NCBI GenBank assembly: GCA_964291415.2
Contig: OZ219920.1
Coordinates: 480,001-544,000 of the forward strand
Origin: Alphaproteobacteria bacterium
GTDB taxonomy: Bacteria; Pseudomonadota; Alphaproteobacteria; SP197
DNA: 64,000 bases
Direction of reading: 5' to 3'
The position numbers and the translations under genes are program-made. Positions 49,696-62,200 of the stretch are shown in pieces. The first letter of the stretch is position 1. Each line of letters begins with the position of its first letter. Under the pieces are notes generated by a model that searched no databases, had not been told where the DNA came from, and worked only from the letters and a program-made list of their open reading frames with translations.

Positions 49696-50462
49696 CGCGG
49701 CTCTCCCACCGCGGCGGCTTCCACGACCGCCACCGCCAGCCGCCCGCCCGAAGGGCCGGTGCCCGGCGCCGCCAGCCATAGCGCCGACACACGGCCGCGC
49801 CCCGCAACGCCCTCGATGGTCCCGGCGAGGCCCGCGGCCCCGTCCGCATCCTGCGATGCCGGACGCGCGGCCTCGACCACGAGCGCCGCGAACCGCCGGC
49901 CCCGCCAGGTCTCGATGAGCGTCAGTCCGTCAACGGACCGATCCTTGCCGGTCTCGATGGCGTAGCCCGGCAGGAGCTCGCGCCGCGCCACCGCGCGCAC
50001 CAGCCGGACGAGAGCGGCGATGTGCGCATCCTCGGCCAATGCCCGGGCGCCCGGCCCCCCGTCCGGCAGGGCCGCCGCGTTGCGGATCAGGATCTGCGCC
50101 GAGTCGCGCGCCGCCGGAGTCAGCGTCAGCCGGTAGGTGAAGCCCCTCTCGGTGCCGACGAACAGGGTGACCGGATCGTCGGTCCCGGGCCCCTGGCCGG
50201 CCGGCCGGAGATAGAGGTCGCCCGAGGCGCCGTCGTGCTCGACCGCAAAGCCGTCCGGAGACCGCACCACCTTCGCGATCCGGTCGCCATGAAGCGCGAT
50301 GCGGTTGACGCCGCTCGCGGAGATTTCCGCCGCTAGCTCGGCATGGTCGGCCGCATCGAGGATCTGCATTGCCAGCGCGGGAACCGGCGCCGCGAGCGCG
50401 CCCATGGTCAGAATGCGCAGGGCAAGCAGCATCGCGCGCACGCGCGAACCGATATCTGTCAT
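49692..50462 (-). CDS. traK: TraK secretin-like protein
   Basis: ISASGVNRIAL..DRI, GDLYLRP, VTLFVGTERGFTY; position in the operon. Confidence 0.88.
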   Translation of the reverse strand: MTDIGSRVRAMLLALRILTMGALAAPVPALAMQILDAADHAELAAEISASGVNRIALHGDRIAKVVRSPDGFAVEHDGASGDLYLRPAGQGPGTDDPVTLFVGTERGFTYRLTLTPAARDSAQILIRNAAALPDGGPGARALAEDAHIAALVRLVRAVARRELLPGYAIETGKDRSVDGLTLIETWRGRRFAALVVEAARPASQDADGAAGLAGTIEGVAGRGRVSALWLAAPGTGPSGGRLAVAVVEAAAVGEPR

Positions 50463-51031
50463 TTGTCACTCTCCAGTTGCTCGAAGCGCAGGAGGCCGAT
50501 CCGTCCGGCGTCGATGCGGAAGACGAGCCGGTAGCGCCGGTCTTCGCGCGAGGACTCCTCGCGCCCGATCCAGGTCACCAGCTCGCCCGCGATCTCGACC
50601 GAAAGCCCTTCGGGATCGGCCTCGATTTCGGTGGGGTAGAAGGCGCTCGCCATGTCGCGCCCGGCCATGCGCGCCGCCTCGGCCTCGACCCAGGCGCCGA
50701 TCGCGCCGCGCGCCGAGGCGTGTGCGAGACGCGCCGCCGCAAGCCGCACATGGGCCGCGTTCTCGGGAGTGAGGGTGAGCAGCGTCACCGCGACGGTGCG
50801 CGCCATGTCCTCGAGATACCGCGCCCCCGCCGGGCCGATACCGACGCCGCTGCCGCCGACCTCCAGGGACGGCCCCGAGACCGCCGGCACCAGCACGGTG
50901 ACGGTCTCGCGCCCGGCGAAGCTCACCGTCAGCGCCAGGTTGGCGGTCATCGACAGCACCAGCAGCGCCGCCAGCGCGAGCCGGACGTCCCGCACCCGGC
51001 GGATGGCGGAGTCCATGTCGATGCGTCTCAT
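50459..51031 (-). CDS. traE: TraE
   Basis: TM segment, TVLVP, YLEDMA..LLTLTPEN, SAFYP, GELVTWIG. Confidence 0.9.
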   Translation of the reverse strand: MRRIDMDSAIRRVRDVRLALAALLVLSMTANLALTVSFAGRETVTVLVPAVSGPSLEVGGSGVGIGPAGARYLEDMARTVAVTLLTLTPENAAHVRLAAARLAHASARGAIGAWVEAEAARMAGRDMASAFYPTEIEADPEGLSVEIAGELVTWIGREESSREDRRYRLVFRIDAGRIGLLRFEQLESDK

Positions 51032-51041
51032 GCCGCCCGCC

Positions 51042-51335
51042 TCAGCCGACGAAGCGCCGGAGGTGGCTCGGCGGCGTCGCCTTGAGACGCAGCACGAAGT
51101 CCGGCAGGAACCAGTACAGCGCGTAGCGCGCGATGTTGGCCCCGCCGCCGCGCTTGACGCGCCGGAGCAGAAGCCAGCCGCCGACGCCGGCAATGAGCCC
51201 CGGCACGAACTGGTTCGCGGCCAGCCCGAGCAGGGCCGGGCCCATCAGCGCGGCCGCCTCGTCGACCGTCCAGAACAGCCAGCGCTCCGGATCGTCGAGC
51301 CGGCGCGGGATGGTGTGGCGGGCGGTGTCGTTCAC
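51042..51335 (-). CDS. traL: TraL
   Basis: IPRRLDDPERWLFWTVDE...LYWFLP...PPSHLRRF. Confidence 0.92.
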   Translation of the reverse strand: MNDTARHTIPRRLDDPERWLFWTVDEAAALMGPALLGLAANQFVPGLIAGVGGWLLLRRVKRGGGANIARYALYWFLPDFVLRLKATPPSHLRRFVG

Positions 51336-51345
51336 GATTGCCGCC

Positions 51346-51684
51346 TCAGACGATCGCCGTGCCGACCAGGCCGGTGACGATCCCGGTGCCGGCGCCCGCC
51401 GCGATGCCGACGCCGACCGCGCCCATGAGCTGCATGGCGTTGAAGCGCAGCACCGAGCCGACCAGCGCCGCGCCCACGGCGAGCGCGGCGGCGAGCTGGC
51501 CGCCGGTGCCGCCGACGATGTTCTCCACCGTGTCGAGCGGCGTGCCGAAGGTGGTGTCGGTGGTCGCCAGCGCCGCGTCCGTTCCGGCCAGCACGGCGGC
51601 AGCCGCCAGTGCCGCCAGCGCGGCGATGCGAAGCGCGTCGCCGGAGCGGTCCACGGCGGCCGCGGTCATCGCCCGCGCCCTCAT
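51346..51684 (-). CDS. traA: TraA pilin
   Basis: Leader peptide plus two hydrophobic helices, immediately upstream of traL. Confidence 0.8.
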   Translation of the reverse strand: MRARAMTAAAVDRSGDALRIAALAALAAAAVLAGTDAALATTDTTFGTPLDTVENIVGGTGGQLAAALAVGAALVGSVLRFNAMQLMGAVGVGIAAGAGTGIVTGLVGTAIV

Positions 51685-52406
51685 CGGTCGGCTCCCCCCG
51701 GAGCGCGGTCCGGGGCAGGCCCCGATGCGTCCGACCCGCCGCCGTCCGGCCGGGGCTCGTCCGCGGCCGGCACGCGCCGCTTCGCCGCCCAGGCGTCGAG
51801 GTCGTCGCGCCGGTAGACGATGCGCTGGCCGAAGCGGTGATAGGCCGGCCCGTCGCCGGTCTCGCGGTAGCGGTCGAGCGTGCGCGGGCTCAAGCCCAGC
51901 ACGGCCGCCGCCTTGCGCGTGCTCAAGTATTCGCCGTTGGCGTGGGTCATGTCGCAGTCTCCCTGTGGTGCGCCTCTGTCCACCTCGCCGAGCAGCGGCA
52001 CGCCCGCCACCGCCGCGCGCATCGCCGCGCGCGCCGGGGCCGACGCATGCCCCGCCATCCACCCCCGCACCCGCTCGACGGTGCCGAGCCGAAACGAGGC
52101 GCCCCGGCGCAGACGGTCGACGAAGGAGGGGTCGCCCGCCGCGAGCTCGCCGAACACGTAGGCCTTGGTGCCGCTGACGCGCAGGAACGCCTCGACCTCG
52201 CGCCGGAAGGCGGGGCCGACGGGCGCGAGGCCCATGAAGGCGAGGAGGCGGTCGACGGTCCTGAGCCCCGGACAGCGGCCCCGGTCGAGCGAGCCCATGA
52301 AGCAGGGGTCGCCCAGCGCCTCAATGCCGAAGCGCCGCGGGCCGGTGCCGGTCTCTTCGAGGAACGCGCCGAGAAGGGCGCGGAGCTGGCGGTCGAGGTG
52401 TGTCAT
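51681..52406 (-). CDS. regulator: two tandem Cro-like HTH domains plus an excisionase-like HTH (possibly two genes, second starting at 51950)
   Basis: Repeated AFL...FG..A.GDP.F...L.RG....L.TV.R...M units, then YLSTRKAAAVLGLSPRTLDRYR..GDGPAY..FG..IVYRRDDLDAW. Confidence 0.78.
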   Translation of the reverse strand: MTHLDRQLRALLGAFLEETGTGPRRFGIEALGDPCFMGSLDRGRCPGLRTVDRLLAFMGLAPVGPAFRREVEAFLRVSGTKAYVFGELAAGDPSFVDRLRRGASFRLGTVERVRGWMAGHASAPARAAMRAAVAGVPLLGEVDRGAPQGDCDMTHANGEYLSTRKAAAVLGLSPRTLDRYRETGDGPAYHRFGQRIVYRRDDLDAWAAKRRVPAADEPRPDGGGSDASGPAPDRAPGGADR

Positions 52407-52436
52407 GGGGCGCGAACGTAAGCCGAACGCGCCTCG

Positions 52437-52467
52437 TTGACAACTGTGTTAGTTAGGAGTTATCCTA
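52437..52467 (+). promoter_or_regulatory. sigma70-like promoter of the repressor gene overlapped by a candidate operator
   Basis: TTGACA (52437-52442), 18 nt, TATCCT (52461-52466); inverted repeat TAGGA-N4-TCCTA at 52454-52467. Confidence 0.62.
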
Positions 52468-52498
52468 CGTCACCGCAGCATGGACGAGGAACCCCACG

Positions 52499-53169
52499 AT
52501 GGACCGCGACCCCGTACGAGAAGCTTTGAAGGAAAAGCTCTGGAAGGCCGGCACCTCGCTCGCCGAGGCGTCTCTGGCCATCGGCAGGAACAAGGCCTAC
52601 CTCCAGCAGTACCTCGCACGCGGCATGCCCCGGGTGCTCTCGTTCCAGGACTCCGAAGCGCTGGGGCGAGCTCCTCGGGTGCGACCCCGCCGAGCTCCGC
52701 CACGACACGCTGCCGGCGCCGAAGCCCTGGACCGGGCCGAAGCGAAGGCGCACCGCGGGCGCCGCGGTCGCCGAGGTGGAGGTCGAGGCCGCCGCCGGAG
52801 CCGGCGCCTGGAACGAGGACTTCGTCCACGAGAAGGCCCGCTGGCGCCTGCCCGAGTCGATGGTCCGCCACGAGGGCGACGCCGACGCCCGAGGCGCTTC
52901 GCATCCTCAAGGTGCGCGGCAACTCGATGGAGCCCGAGCTCCGCGAAGGCGACCGCCTCGTCGTCGACACCGCGCGCACCGTGCCCGCGTCGGGCGAGCT
53001 CTTCGTGCTCTGGGACGGCACCGGGCTCGTGGTCAAGCGCGTCGAGGCGCTCACCGCGAAGGGCACGCTCCGCCTCGCCTCGGCCCACCCCGACTACCCG
53101 CCCTACGAGCGCCCCGCCGACGACGTCCACATCGTCGGCAAGGTGCTGTGGAAGGTCACCCGCGCCTGA
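52499..53169 (+). CDS. CI/LexA-like repressor with S24 autopeptidase domain (frameshifts ~52665 and ~52890)
   Basis: HTH SLAEASLAIGRNKAYLQQYL; Ala-Gly site EAAAGAG; catalytic VRGNSMEP and VVKRV. Confidence 0.9.
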
Positions 53170-53218
53170 GCGCCCGCGCCGCCGCGTCACCGGCGTCCGC
53201 ATTGCACGCCGCCGCCCA

Positions 53219-56200
53219 TCAGAACCGGGCTTCCAGCTTCAGCCGGACCCCGTGCTCGGGCTCCGTCCCGGCGTCGTTGGCGGGCTCCTTGCGCGTCGCC
53301 TCGATGCCGAGCTCGAACGAGGACGGCCCGCCCGGCACCAGCCCGAGCCGCCAGCCGAGCCGGTAGTCGCGCCCGGCGTCGGAGACGCCGATCCCGAGCT
53401 CCGGCGTCGACGTGAACCGGTCGCCGAACGCCGGGAGGCCGTAGCCGAGCTTCAGCTCCAGCCGGCGCGCCTCGAAGCCGTTGTCGTTGGCCGCGAGGTC
53501 GGCGAGCGTCTGGCGCCCGAGCAGCGCGTCGGCCCCGCCCGCGGCCTGCGCGCCCAGCGTCTGCGTCAGCGTGAGCGACGGCCCGCGGTCCGACGCCGGG
53601 TCCGGGTCCCAGGCGAGCGAGCCGGAGACGCCCCGGTCCTTGAGCCCCGCCGCCTCGTGGGCAACGAGCCCCCGTCCCGAGACCTCGGCCGAGAGCCCGA
53701 GCGCCGGGGCGTGCCAGCGCAGCCCGCCGCCGATATCGACGCCCCAGCCGGTCTCGGCGTCGCCGCCGTCATGGCGCAGACCGAGCTCGAAGGTGGGCTC
53801 CAGCGTGCCCCCGCCGTCGCCCGTCCCGGAACCCGATCCGGGAAGCGCGAAGGCGTAGCCGCCGTCGAGCCCGAGACGGAGCCGCGTCACGTCGGCCTCC
53901 GCCGCCGCCAGGCCCCGCGCCTTCTCCGAGGCGGTCCGCACCCAGAACGCGTCCGCCTCCAGGTCGAGCCGGAACCCGCTCCCGCCCGCCGGCTCGACGA
54001 GGTTGCCCCTGGCGCCGAGCGCCGCCATGCCGAGCGACATGTCGGTCTCCAGCGCCGGATCGTCCTCGCCCGTCTCCGGGTTCTTCGGGGTGAGCGTCAG
54101 CGTGCCCTCGCCGAGCCCCGCCGCGGCCCAGGCCCTGAGACGCGCGCTCACGTCAACCGCCGCATAGGGGTAGACCCCGGTGAGCGTGTTCTCGACTTTT
54201 CCTGAGCCGCCGTCGCCCGAATAGCTGCCCTCGCCGATGCTGTGCTTGACCATCGCGCCGAGCAGCCAGCGCCCGGTGCGCCAGTCGGCCCCGAGCGTCG
54301 CCGAGGTCACCTCGCCGTCGACGGTGAGCGGGCCGTCGCGCCCGCTGAACGACGACGACGCGCCCCGGCCCCAGAGCGCCACCGACGCCCCGCCGTCCTC
54401 CGGCGCCGCCGTCAGCGAGAACGCCGTCGAGGCCAGCACCTCGCGCCCCGTCATGCTCCGGTCCTTCGCGCGCGCCTCGTCGTCCCGCTCGTCGGTCCCC
54501 GCGAGCCACCGCCCGAGCCGCTCCGCGTCGCGCCGCGCCGCCGCGTCACCGACGAACCCCGCCGCGGCGGTTTCGTTGTCATTCGCCGCGCTCGCGCCCC
54601 GCCCGCCGCGGACCCCGAGGGCGCCCACGACGGCAGCGCCTGGCCGCCCAGCGTCGCCTGGCCGCCGGCCGCGCGCGGCGCGTCGAGCCGCGCGCCGACC
54701 GCGTCCACCACCTGCTCGGCCACGGTGCGCCCGAACCGCGCGAGCCACGCCTTCGGCATCTTGTCGGTGTTCCTGATCGTGCCCGTCGCCTCGAGATCGC
54801 CTGCCCGCGCGCCGACCACGTTCGAAAGCCGCAGCAGGAAGGTCTCGTGGCCCTCGTCGTGGCCGTCGTCGAGGATGGGCACCCGGACCGTCTTCGACGT
54901 CTCGCCCGCAACGAAGACGAGCGTGCCCGAGGTCGCCGTGTAGTCCTCGCCCGCCGTCGCCGTGCCGTCCGCCGTCGCGTAGCTCACCCGCACCCGGTGC
55001 CCGGACCCGTGAAGGCGCGGCTCAGGCTCACCTCGAACGCGACCGCCTCGTCCACGCCCTCGCGCGCCTCCGCGTCCGCCACCGAGAGCACCGGGCGCCA
55101 GTCGACCTTGTGCTTCGGGTCGTGGCCCAGCCCCGCGTGCCCGAGCGCCGCGTCCGCGCCCGTCGCCGCCGAGCGGATCGTCCCGCCGCCGAGCGCCAGC
55201 GTGTTCACCAGCACCGCGATGCCCTGCGGCGCGTAGTTGGGCTCCACCACCGTCCAGGCGAAGGTCAGCGCCAGCGTCGCCGTGCCGGTCGCGCCCTCGT
55301 ACACCGCCCGCTTCTCGCCCCAGCGCGGGTCCATCTTGATCGTGAGCCCGGGCGAGCCCGTCACCTCGACCGCCTCGCTGAAGGTGAGCCGCACCCGGAT
55401 CGTGTCGCCCAGGAGGTAGGTGTCGTCGCTGCCCGCATCCGAGACCACCGCCACCCCGGTCACCGAGGGCCGCCCCTCGGCCGGCGGCGCGAGCCGCCAG
55501 TCCACCCTGTGGGCCGCGTCGTGGCCGAGCCCCGCATGCGCAAGGCTCGCGTCCGACTGCGTCCCCGCCGACTTGATCGCGCCGCCGTTCGCCTCCAGCG
55601 TGTTGGCGAGCACCGCGATCCCGGTCGGGGCGGTGTTCGGCTCCACCACCGTGTAGGCGAAGGTCAGCGCCGCCGTGCCGCCGCCGCTCGCATAGCCCGC
55701 CCAGAACTCGCCCCAGCGCGGGTCCATCTTGATCTTCACCCGCGGCGAGCCCGTGACGTCGACCGCCCGGTCGAACGTCACCCGCACCCGGATCGTGTCG
55801 CCCAGGCCGTAGGTCCGGTCGCCGCCCGCGTCCGAGACCACCGCCACCCGGTGACCTTCGCCGGCGCCGCCCGCACCCCGGCGGACCCCGTCCCGCCGTG
55901 CGCGAGCGCCGCGGCCAGCCCGCCGCCCGCGCTCACGATCGACCCGCCGCCGAGGCTCAGGCTGTCCGCGACCACCCCGACCGCGCCGTGCCCGCCGTCG
56001 GCCCCTGCCAGGGTGTAGCCGAAGGTCAGCGCGGGCCCGCCGGAGCCCGCGCATACGCCGCGCGGCGCTCCACGCCCCCGAACGAGAGCGCCACCGAGGG
56101 CGCGCCCTCGACCGCGACCGGCTCGGCAAAGGTGAGCGTCACCGCCACCGTGTCGCCCGCGCCCCAGCCCCCGGCCGGCGCGTCCGGGACCGCCAGCCCC

Positions 56201-59200
56201 GTCACCCCCGGCGCCTCGCCGAAGGCGAGCGATGCCGCCGTGCCGCCCGCCGCGGCCGCGATCGCGCCGCCATTGAGCTTCAATCCCGACGCCGCCGCCC
56301 GCACCGAAGCGCCCAGGCTCCCGTCCGCCGCGACCGCCCGGTACGCGAACACGAGCCGCGCCGTCCCCGAGCCCGACACGTAGGCCGCCCGCCGGATTCC
56401 GTCATTCGCGATGAGCGCCAGCGTCGGCACGCCGCCTTCGGTGTCCACATCCACCGGCGCGTCGAACGTCACCGCCGCCTCGACCGTCTCGCCCTCGGTG
56501 TACGCGCCGTCCGCGCCCGCGTCCGACGTCACCTCGACCCCGGTCACCGCGACCGGGACCGGCGCGAGCCGCCAGTCCACCTTGTGCGCCGGGTCGTGCG
56601 GCAGCCCGGCATGCCCGAGCGCCACGGCCGCGCCGGTCGCCGCCGACGTGATCGTGCCGCCGTTCGTCTCCAGCGTGTCCGCCAGCACCGCGATGCCGGT
56701 CGGGGCGGTGTTCGGCTCCGCCACCCGGTAGGCGAAGGTCAGCGCGTTCGTGCCGGAGCCGCTCTCGTAGCCCGCCCGGAACGCGCCCCAGCGCGGGTCC
56801 ATCTTGATCGTCAGGCGCGGCGTCCCGCCGCCGGTGTCCACCTCGACCGCCTCGGCGAAGGTCACCTCCACCCGGATGGTCTCGCCGAGCGCGTAGGTGT
56901 CGTCGTCGCCCGCGTCCGAGACCACCGCCACGCCGGTCACCGAAGACCCCGTCCCGGTGACGTTGACCAGCTCGATCCGGACGTACAGCCCGGTGCCGGC
57001 GTCGCCGTCCGGCGCCAGCAGGTTCCCGGCGAGGTCACGGAACGACCCGTCGGCGCCGTCGGCGCGCCGGAAGTAGGTCAGCTTGTTGCGCTCCGTCAGG
57101 CCCGCCCGCGCCGGCGGACAGTACTTGCCCAGCCCGACCGTCACCGTCTCGCCGTCGACCGACACCGCGCCCGTGGCGGAGCAGCCGAGCGATGCCGTCT
57201 CCGAGGTCTGTATGCCCATCAGGAACCGGCCCCCGGTCGATGCCGGGTCCAGCGCCTCGCTGAAGGTGAGAGTCACCGTCCCGCCGTCGATCTCGCCCCG
57301 CAGCAGCCGGGGCGGCTCCCCATCCACCCTGTGCGCCGCGTCGGGCGCAAGACCCGGGTGGCCGAGCGCCGCGTCCGCCTGCCCGGCCGCGGTCCGGATC
57401 GTGCCGCCATCGAGCTCCAGCGTGTCCGCGAGCACCGCGACGCCGCCGCCGGACACATCGCCGGCGGCCACCGTGTAGGCGAAGGTCAGCGCGTTCGTGC
57501 CCGAGCCGCCCGCATACGCCGCCCAGCGCTCGCCGCCGTCGGCCGGGTCGAGGTCGAGCTTCAGGCGCGGCGTCCCGCCCGCCGTGCCCACGTCGACCGC
57601 CTCGGCGAAGGTGAGCCGCACCCGGATCTCGTCGCCGGCCGCGTAGGTTGCGTCCGCGCCCGGGTCGGAGACCACCGCCACCGCCTCGCCCGACGGCGCC
57701 GCGGGCGTTGCGTTCGCTGCCGCCTCGCCCGAGAAGGCCGCCGCCGCGTTGCCCGCGAGGTCGCGGACCGGGCCGTCCTCCGGCGGCGCGTAGGCCACCG
57801 TCACCGTCTCGCCGGCAAGGACCGCCCCGGCGAGCGTCACCGTCAGCGCCGCGCCGTCGACGCCCGCCGTGCCCGTGCCGGCGATCTCGCGCGCCGCGCC
57901 GTCGCCGAGCCGCGCCGTCGCCGTGAAGGCGCTTCCCGCCGGCGCCGGGTCCGCCTCCAGCGCCTCGCCGAAGGTCACCGTCAGCGCCGTGCCCGACACC
58001 GCCGCCGACGCGAACGCGGGCGCCGCCGTGTCCACCCGGTGGCCCGTGTCCGCCGCCACCGCCGGATGGGCGAGCGCCGCGTCGGCATCCGTCGCCGACG
58101 ACCTGATCGTGCCGCCGTCGAGCTCCAGCGTGTCCGCCACCACCGCGACGCCGTCCGCCGACATGTCGCCGGCGACCACCGTGTAGGCGAACGTGAGCAC
58201 CGTCCCGCCGCTGCCCGAGGCGTACGCCGCCCACCGCTCGCCCGCGCCGTCCCCGCCGCCGAGGTCGAGCTTGAGCCGCGGCGTCCCGCCTTCCGTGTCG
58301 ACGTCCACCGTCTCAGCGAAGGTGAGCGACACCCGGATCTCGTCGCCGGCCGCGTAGGTCTCGTCCGCGCCCGGGGCGGAGGCCACCGTCACCGCCTCGA
58401 CAGCCGGCGCCGCGGCCGGCGTCCCGACGGTCACCGGCAGGTCCACGACGTTCCCGAGCTGCTTGCCGTCGACGCTCCACAGCCCGACCTCGCCGAGCGG
58501 CCGCCGGTAGCTCACCGTCGCCGTCTCGCCCGGCGCGAACTCGCGGCTCAGCGTCAGCCGGAGCGCGCGCGGGTCGTCCGCCGGGAACGCCGTCCCCGTC
58601 ACCGTCACCGGCCCGCCCGACGCCGCGACCGTGAACCACTCCGGGCGCGCCTCCGAATGCGCCGCGAACGGCCGTTTCGCCCTCAGGATGACGCTGCCCG
58701 GCTCCGCCGAATCAAGTCCATCCGGATCGCAGTGATCCCACCGCTCGTTCTCCACCTCCACCGGGCCGAAGCTCTCCGCCTTCGTGCCCCAGAGGTTGCG
58801 CAGCGCGTTGCGCTCGGGCTCGGCATAGCTCACCATCACGTCGTCGCCGGAGTCCTCATGGCCGTCGCAGGGCTGCAGCGGCCTCCCCAGGCGCAACGCC
58901 ACCTCGGCGCCCTGCACCGTGACGGCGTTGACGCCGTGGTACACGTTCACGGAGAGCACGAACGCCTCGTTCCACGGTACCGTCGTCGGGTCCAGCAGCT
59001 CGTCGAAGGTGAACGTCAGCACCCTCCCGTTCGCCTCCGGCGGGTCGTGCTCGATCTCGTCTTCCAGATTGGTGTCCACGAGCGTCGGCCGACCCAGGTG
59101 GCCCGTCACACCCAGGTTTTCCATCAGTTGACGCGGAAAGCTGAAGTCCGCAGCTTCGTTGCCGGCCGGGTCCCGCAGCGGGGTCGCGCCCGCGTTCGCC

Positions 59201-62200
59201 TTGGTGTAGTCCACCGTCACCACCGCACCGGCGGCCGCCGCCGAAGCCAGGGTGAGGTAGACCGCGTTGCCCCGCACCTTCACCGCGTCGACCCCGCGGT
59301 CCGCGCCCGCCACCTCCACCGTGAAGGCCGCGGCCGCCGGCACCGAGCTCTCGTCCAGCGCCTCGTCGAAATAGAGCGTCAGGTCCGTCCCGGAGACGCT
59401 GCCGGAAGTCGCGCCCGGTCCGGTCCCGTCGAGCCACGCGGCCCGCCAGGCGCCGATGTCCGCCACCTCGCCGCCGGCCGCGCCGCGCAGCGGGCTGGCG
59501 TCGTCGCCCTTGTCGTAGCCTATCCACGCGACCCCGATGTCGTCGTCCAGCGCCTCCTCCAGCGTGACCACGACCGTCGCGCCCCGGACCTGCGCCCGGC
59601 CCGTGCCCCGAACGCGGTAGGACCCGTCGCCCGAATTGCCGTACACCTCGAACCGGCGCCCGGCCGGGCGCGACGCCGAGTCCAGCCCGCGATCGAAGAA
59701 CAGCGTGAGCGCGCGCCCCTCCACCGTCGCGCGCGCCAGTTTCGGCGGCGGACCGTCGATTCCCGTGGCGTTGAAGACCGGCCGGTTCTCCAGGTCCGCC
59801 ACCGGGTTGCCCGCCGCGTCCTGGAGCCGGTGCCAGGACGCGGCCCCCCCGTAGTCCAGCGTGACCGGCTGGCCGGGCGCCACCGCCGTGCCCAGGGTGA
59901 GCGTCACCGTCGGGCCGCTCAACGCCACCCGGTTGGGGGACTGGTTGACGATCGGGGTTCCCAGGTGGCGCCCGCCCTGGATGATGAACGCGTGGCGCAG
60001 CGCCCGCGCCGCCCTCTCCGCCTCGTCCGGCACCGCCAGGTCCTCGTCGAAGGTCAGCGTCAGCGTCTTGCCGCTCACCGACGCATCGACGAGCTCCGGC
60101 GGCCTGTTGTCCTCCCCCGCCGGCTCGGCGCCGTTCACCTTGTGGTCCGGGGCGGCGCCCAGCGCCCCGGTGCCGCGCGACGCGTTGCGGTCCTGCCCGT
60201 CCTTGAGCGTCGCTCCCCCGGTCAGGATCACCAGGTCGCCCGCCGCCGTGCGCAACGGGGCGATGCCGTCGCCGTCCATGTCCGCCTGCACGACCGTGTA
60301 CCGGAAATGCAGCGCGCGCGCCCGGCCGCTCGTCTCGCCGCCCGTCAGCAGGGACGCCGTCCGCGTCGTCCCGCCCACGTCGAGCTCCACCGCCATCTCC
60401 GCGCCGGCGGCCGACACGTCCCACAACACGTCCGCCGACCAGGTCACCTTCACCCGGATATGCTCGTTCCGTCCGTAGGTGTCGGCGGCGAGCGACGGCG
60501 CGGACTCGATCGCCACCGACAGGATCGTCGTCAGGGGCGCCGGCGTCGCGTTGGTCACGTCCGCGTTGGCGAAGCTGTCGCCTGGTTGGCCCGGGCGTCC
60601 CGGAGTGCGCCGCCGCCGGCCTGGGTCTTGTCGTAGCCCACGGTGACGGTCTGGCCGTAGGCGACCGCCGCGGCCAGGGTCAGCGTCACCGTCCGCCCGC
60701 TTACGGAGACGGCGCCGCTCGCCGCCAGCTCCGCCGCCGATTCGCCCGCCGTCACCGTGAAGGCGGCCTTCGCCGGCGCCGCCACGGTCTCGTCCAGCGC
60801 CTCGTCGAAGGAAATCGTCAGCACCGCGCCGTTCACCGACGCCGAGGCGAGCGCCGGGCCCGTCGTGTCCGCCCGGGTGGCGTTGGTCGCCGTCTGGGCC
60901 GCGAAGTCCGGCACCGGGTGCTTCGCGTTGTCCGAGTCCTGGAGCTTCGCGCCCGTCGCCGGCGCCGCATAGGCCACCGTCACCGTGTCGCCGGGCAGCA
61001 CCGCCGCGGCGAGAGCGAGCGTCACCGTCGAGCCGCCGACCGAGACCGGGTTGGTGGCCGCCAGGCTCAGCGTGCTCTCGGCCCCCGAGCGCGTCCCCTT
61101 CACCGTGAACGCGCTCCCCGCCGGCACCGCGCTCCCGTCCAGCGCCCCGTCGAAGGTCACGATCAGCACGTCCTCGTTCACCGTCGCAGACGAGAACGCC
61201 GGCGGCGTGTTGTTGGCCGCGGCCTTGTTGAACCCGACCACACGGTTGCCCGACAGGTCCCTGAGCTCCAACGCGGCGTCGGACGGCCGGGAGTAGTTCG
61301 CCCCCAGCTCCTGTCCGTGCCGAGCCGCCGTCGCAAAGGTCGCGGTCACGGTGCTCCCGGAGATCGACGCGCTGTCGGCAAACGTGGTGGCCAATTCGAA
61401 AAACCGTCCGAACGCGTCCGCCGGCACCGCCACGGTCTCGTCCAGGGGCTCGTCGAACGTGATGGTCATCTTCGTCCCGTTCACCGTCGCCGAGACGAAC
61501 GAAGGCGGTGTCGAGTCGGTGGTGTTGTTGGTCGCCGTCTTGGCCGAGAAGTCCGGCACCGGGTGCTGCGCGTTGTCCGCGTCCTGGAGCTTGTCGCCGG
61601 TCGCCGGCGCCGCGTAGGCCACCGTCACCGTGTCGACGGGCAGCACCGCCTCGGCCAGGGTGAGCGTCACCTCGAGCCGCTGATTGAGACCGGGTTCGTG
61701 GCCGCCAGGCTCAGCGTGCTCTCGGTCCCCGAGCGCGTCCCCTTCACCGTGAACGCGCTCCCCGCCGGCACCGCGGCCTCATCCAGGCCCCCGTTGAAGG
61801 TGACGGTCAGCGCCGCCCCGTTCACCTTCGCCGACGAGAACGCCGGCGGCGTCACGTTGGGCAGGTTGTTATTGAACGTCCCCTGCGGCACCAGGTTGCC
61901 AGACAGGTCCTTCAGCGCGTTCGCCGAGTTCAAGTCCTGCGGCCCGACATAGGACGCACCGCAAGCGCACTCGCCGATGTGGCGTACCGCCGTCGCCAAG
62001 GTCACGGTCACGGTGTCGCCGGAAATCGAGACCCCCGACGAACGAATGGGGTTGACGAAGTCGTTGCCCCTTACGATCTGAAACATACTCGCCACCGCCG
62101 CTGGCGGCAGCACGCTCTCGTCCAGCGCTTCGTCGAAGACCACCGTCATCGTCGCCCCGTTGATCGACGCCGACACGAACGAGGGCGGTGTCGTGTCCGC

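Larger units (their letters stand above)
1..53169. mobile_element. F-type conjugative element (plasmid or ICE backbone): leading region, oriT, MOB_F relaxase, T4CP, MPF_F cluster, cI/cro regulator; boundaries not visible
   Basis: Ordered tra gene set, TrwC-type relaxase, TraD, typical leading-region genes (ssb, parB-like, radC, MTase/helicase, primase). No integrase, rep or att site seen. Confidence 0.93.

Noticed and set aside
1247-53169. Programmed frameshifting or phase variation as the cause of split genes
   Set aside because: Shifts are scattered through essential tra genes without consistent slippery sites; sequencing error is more parsimonious.
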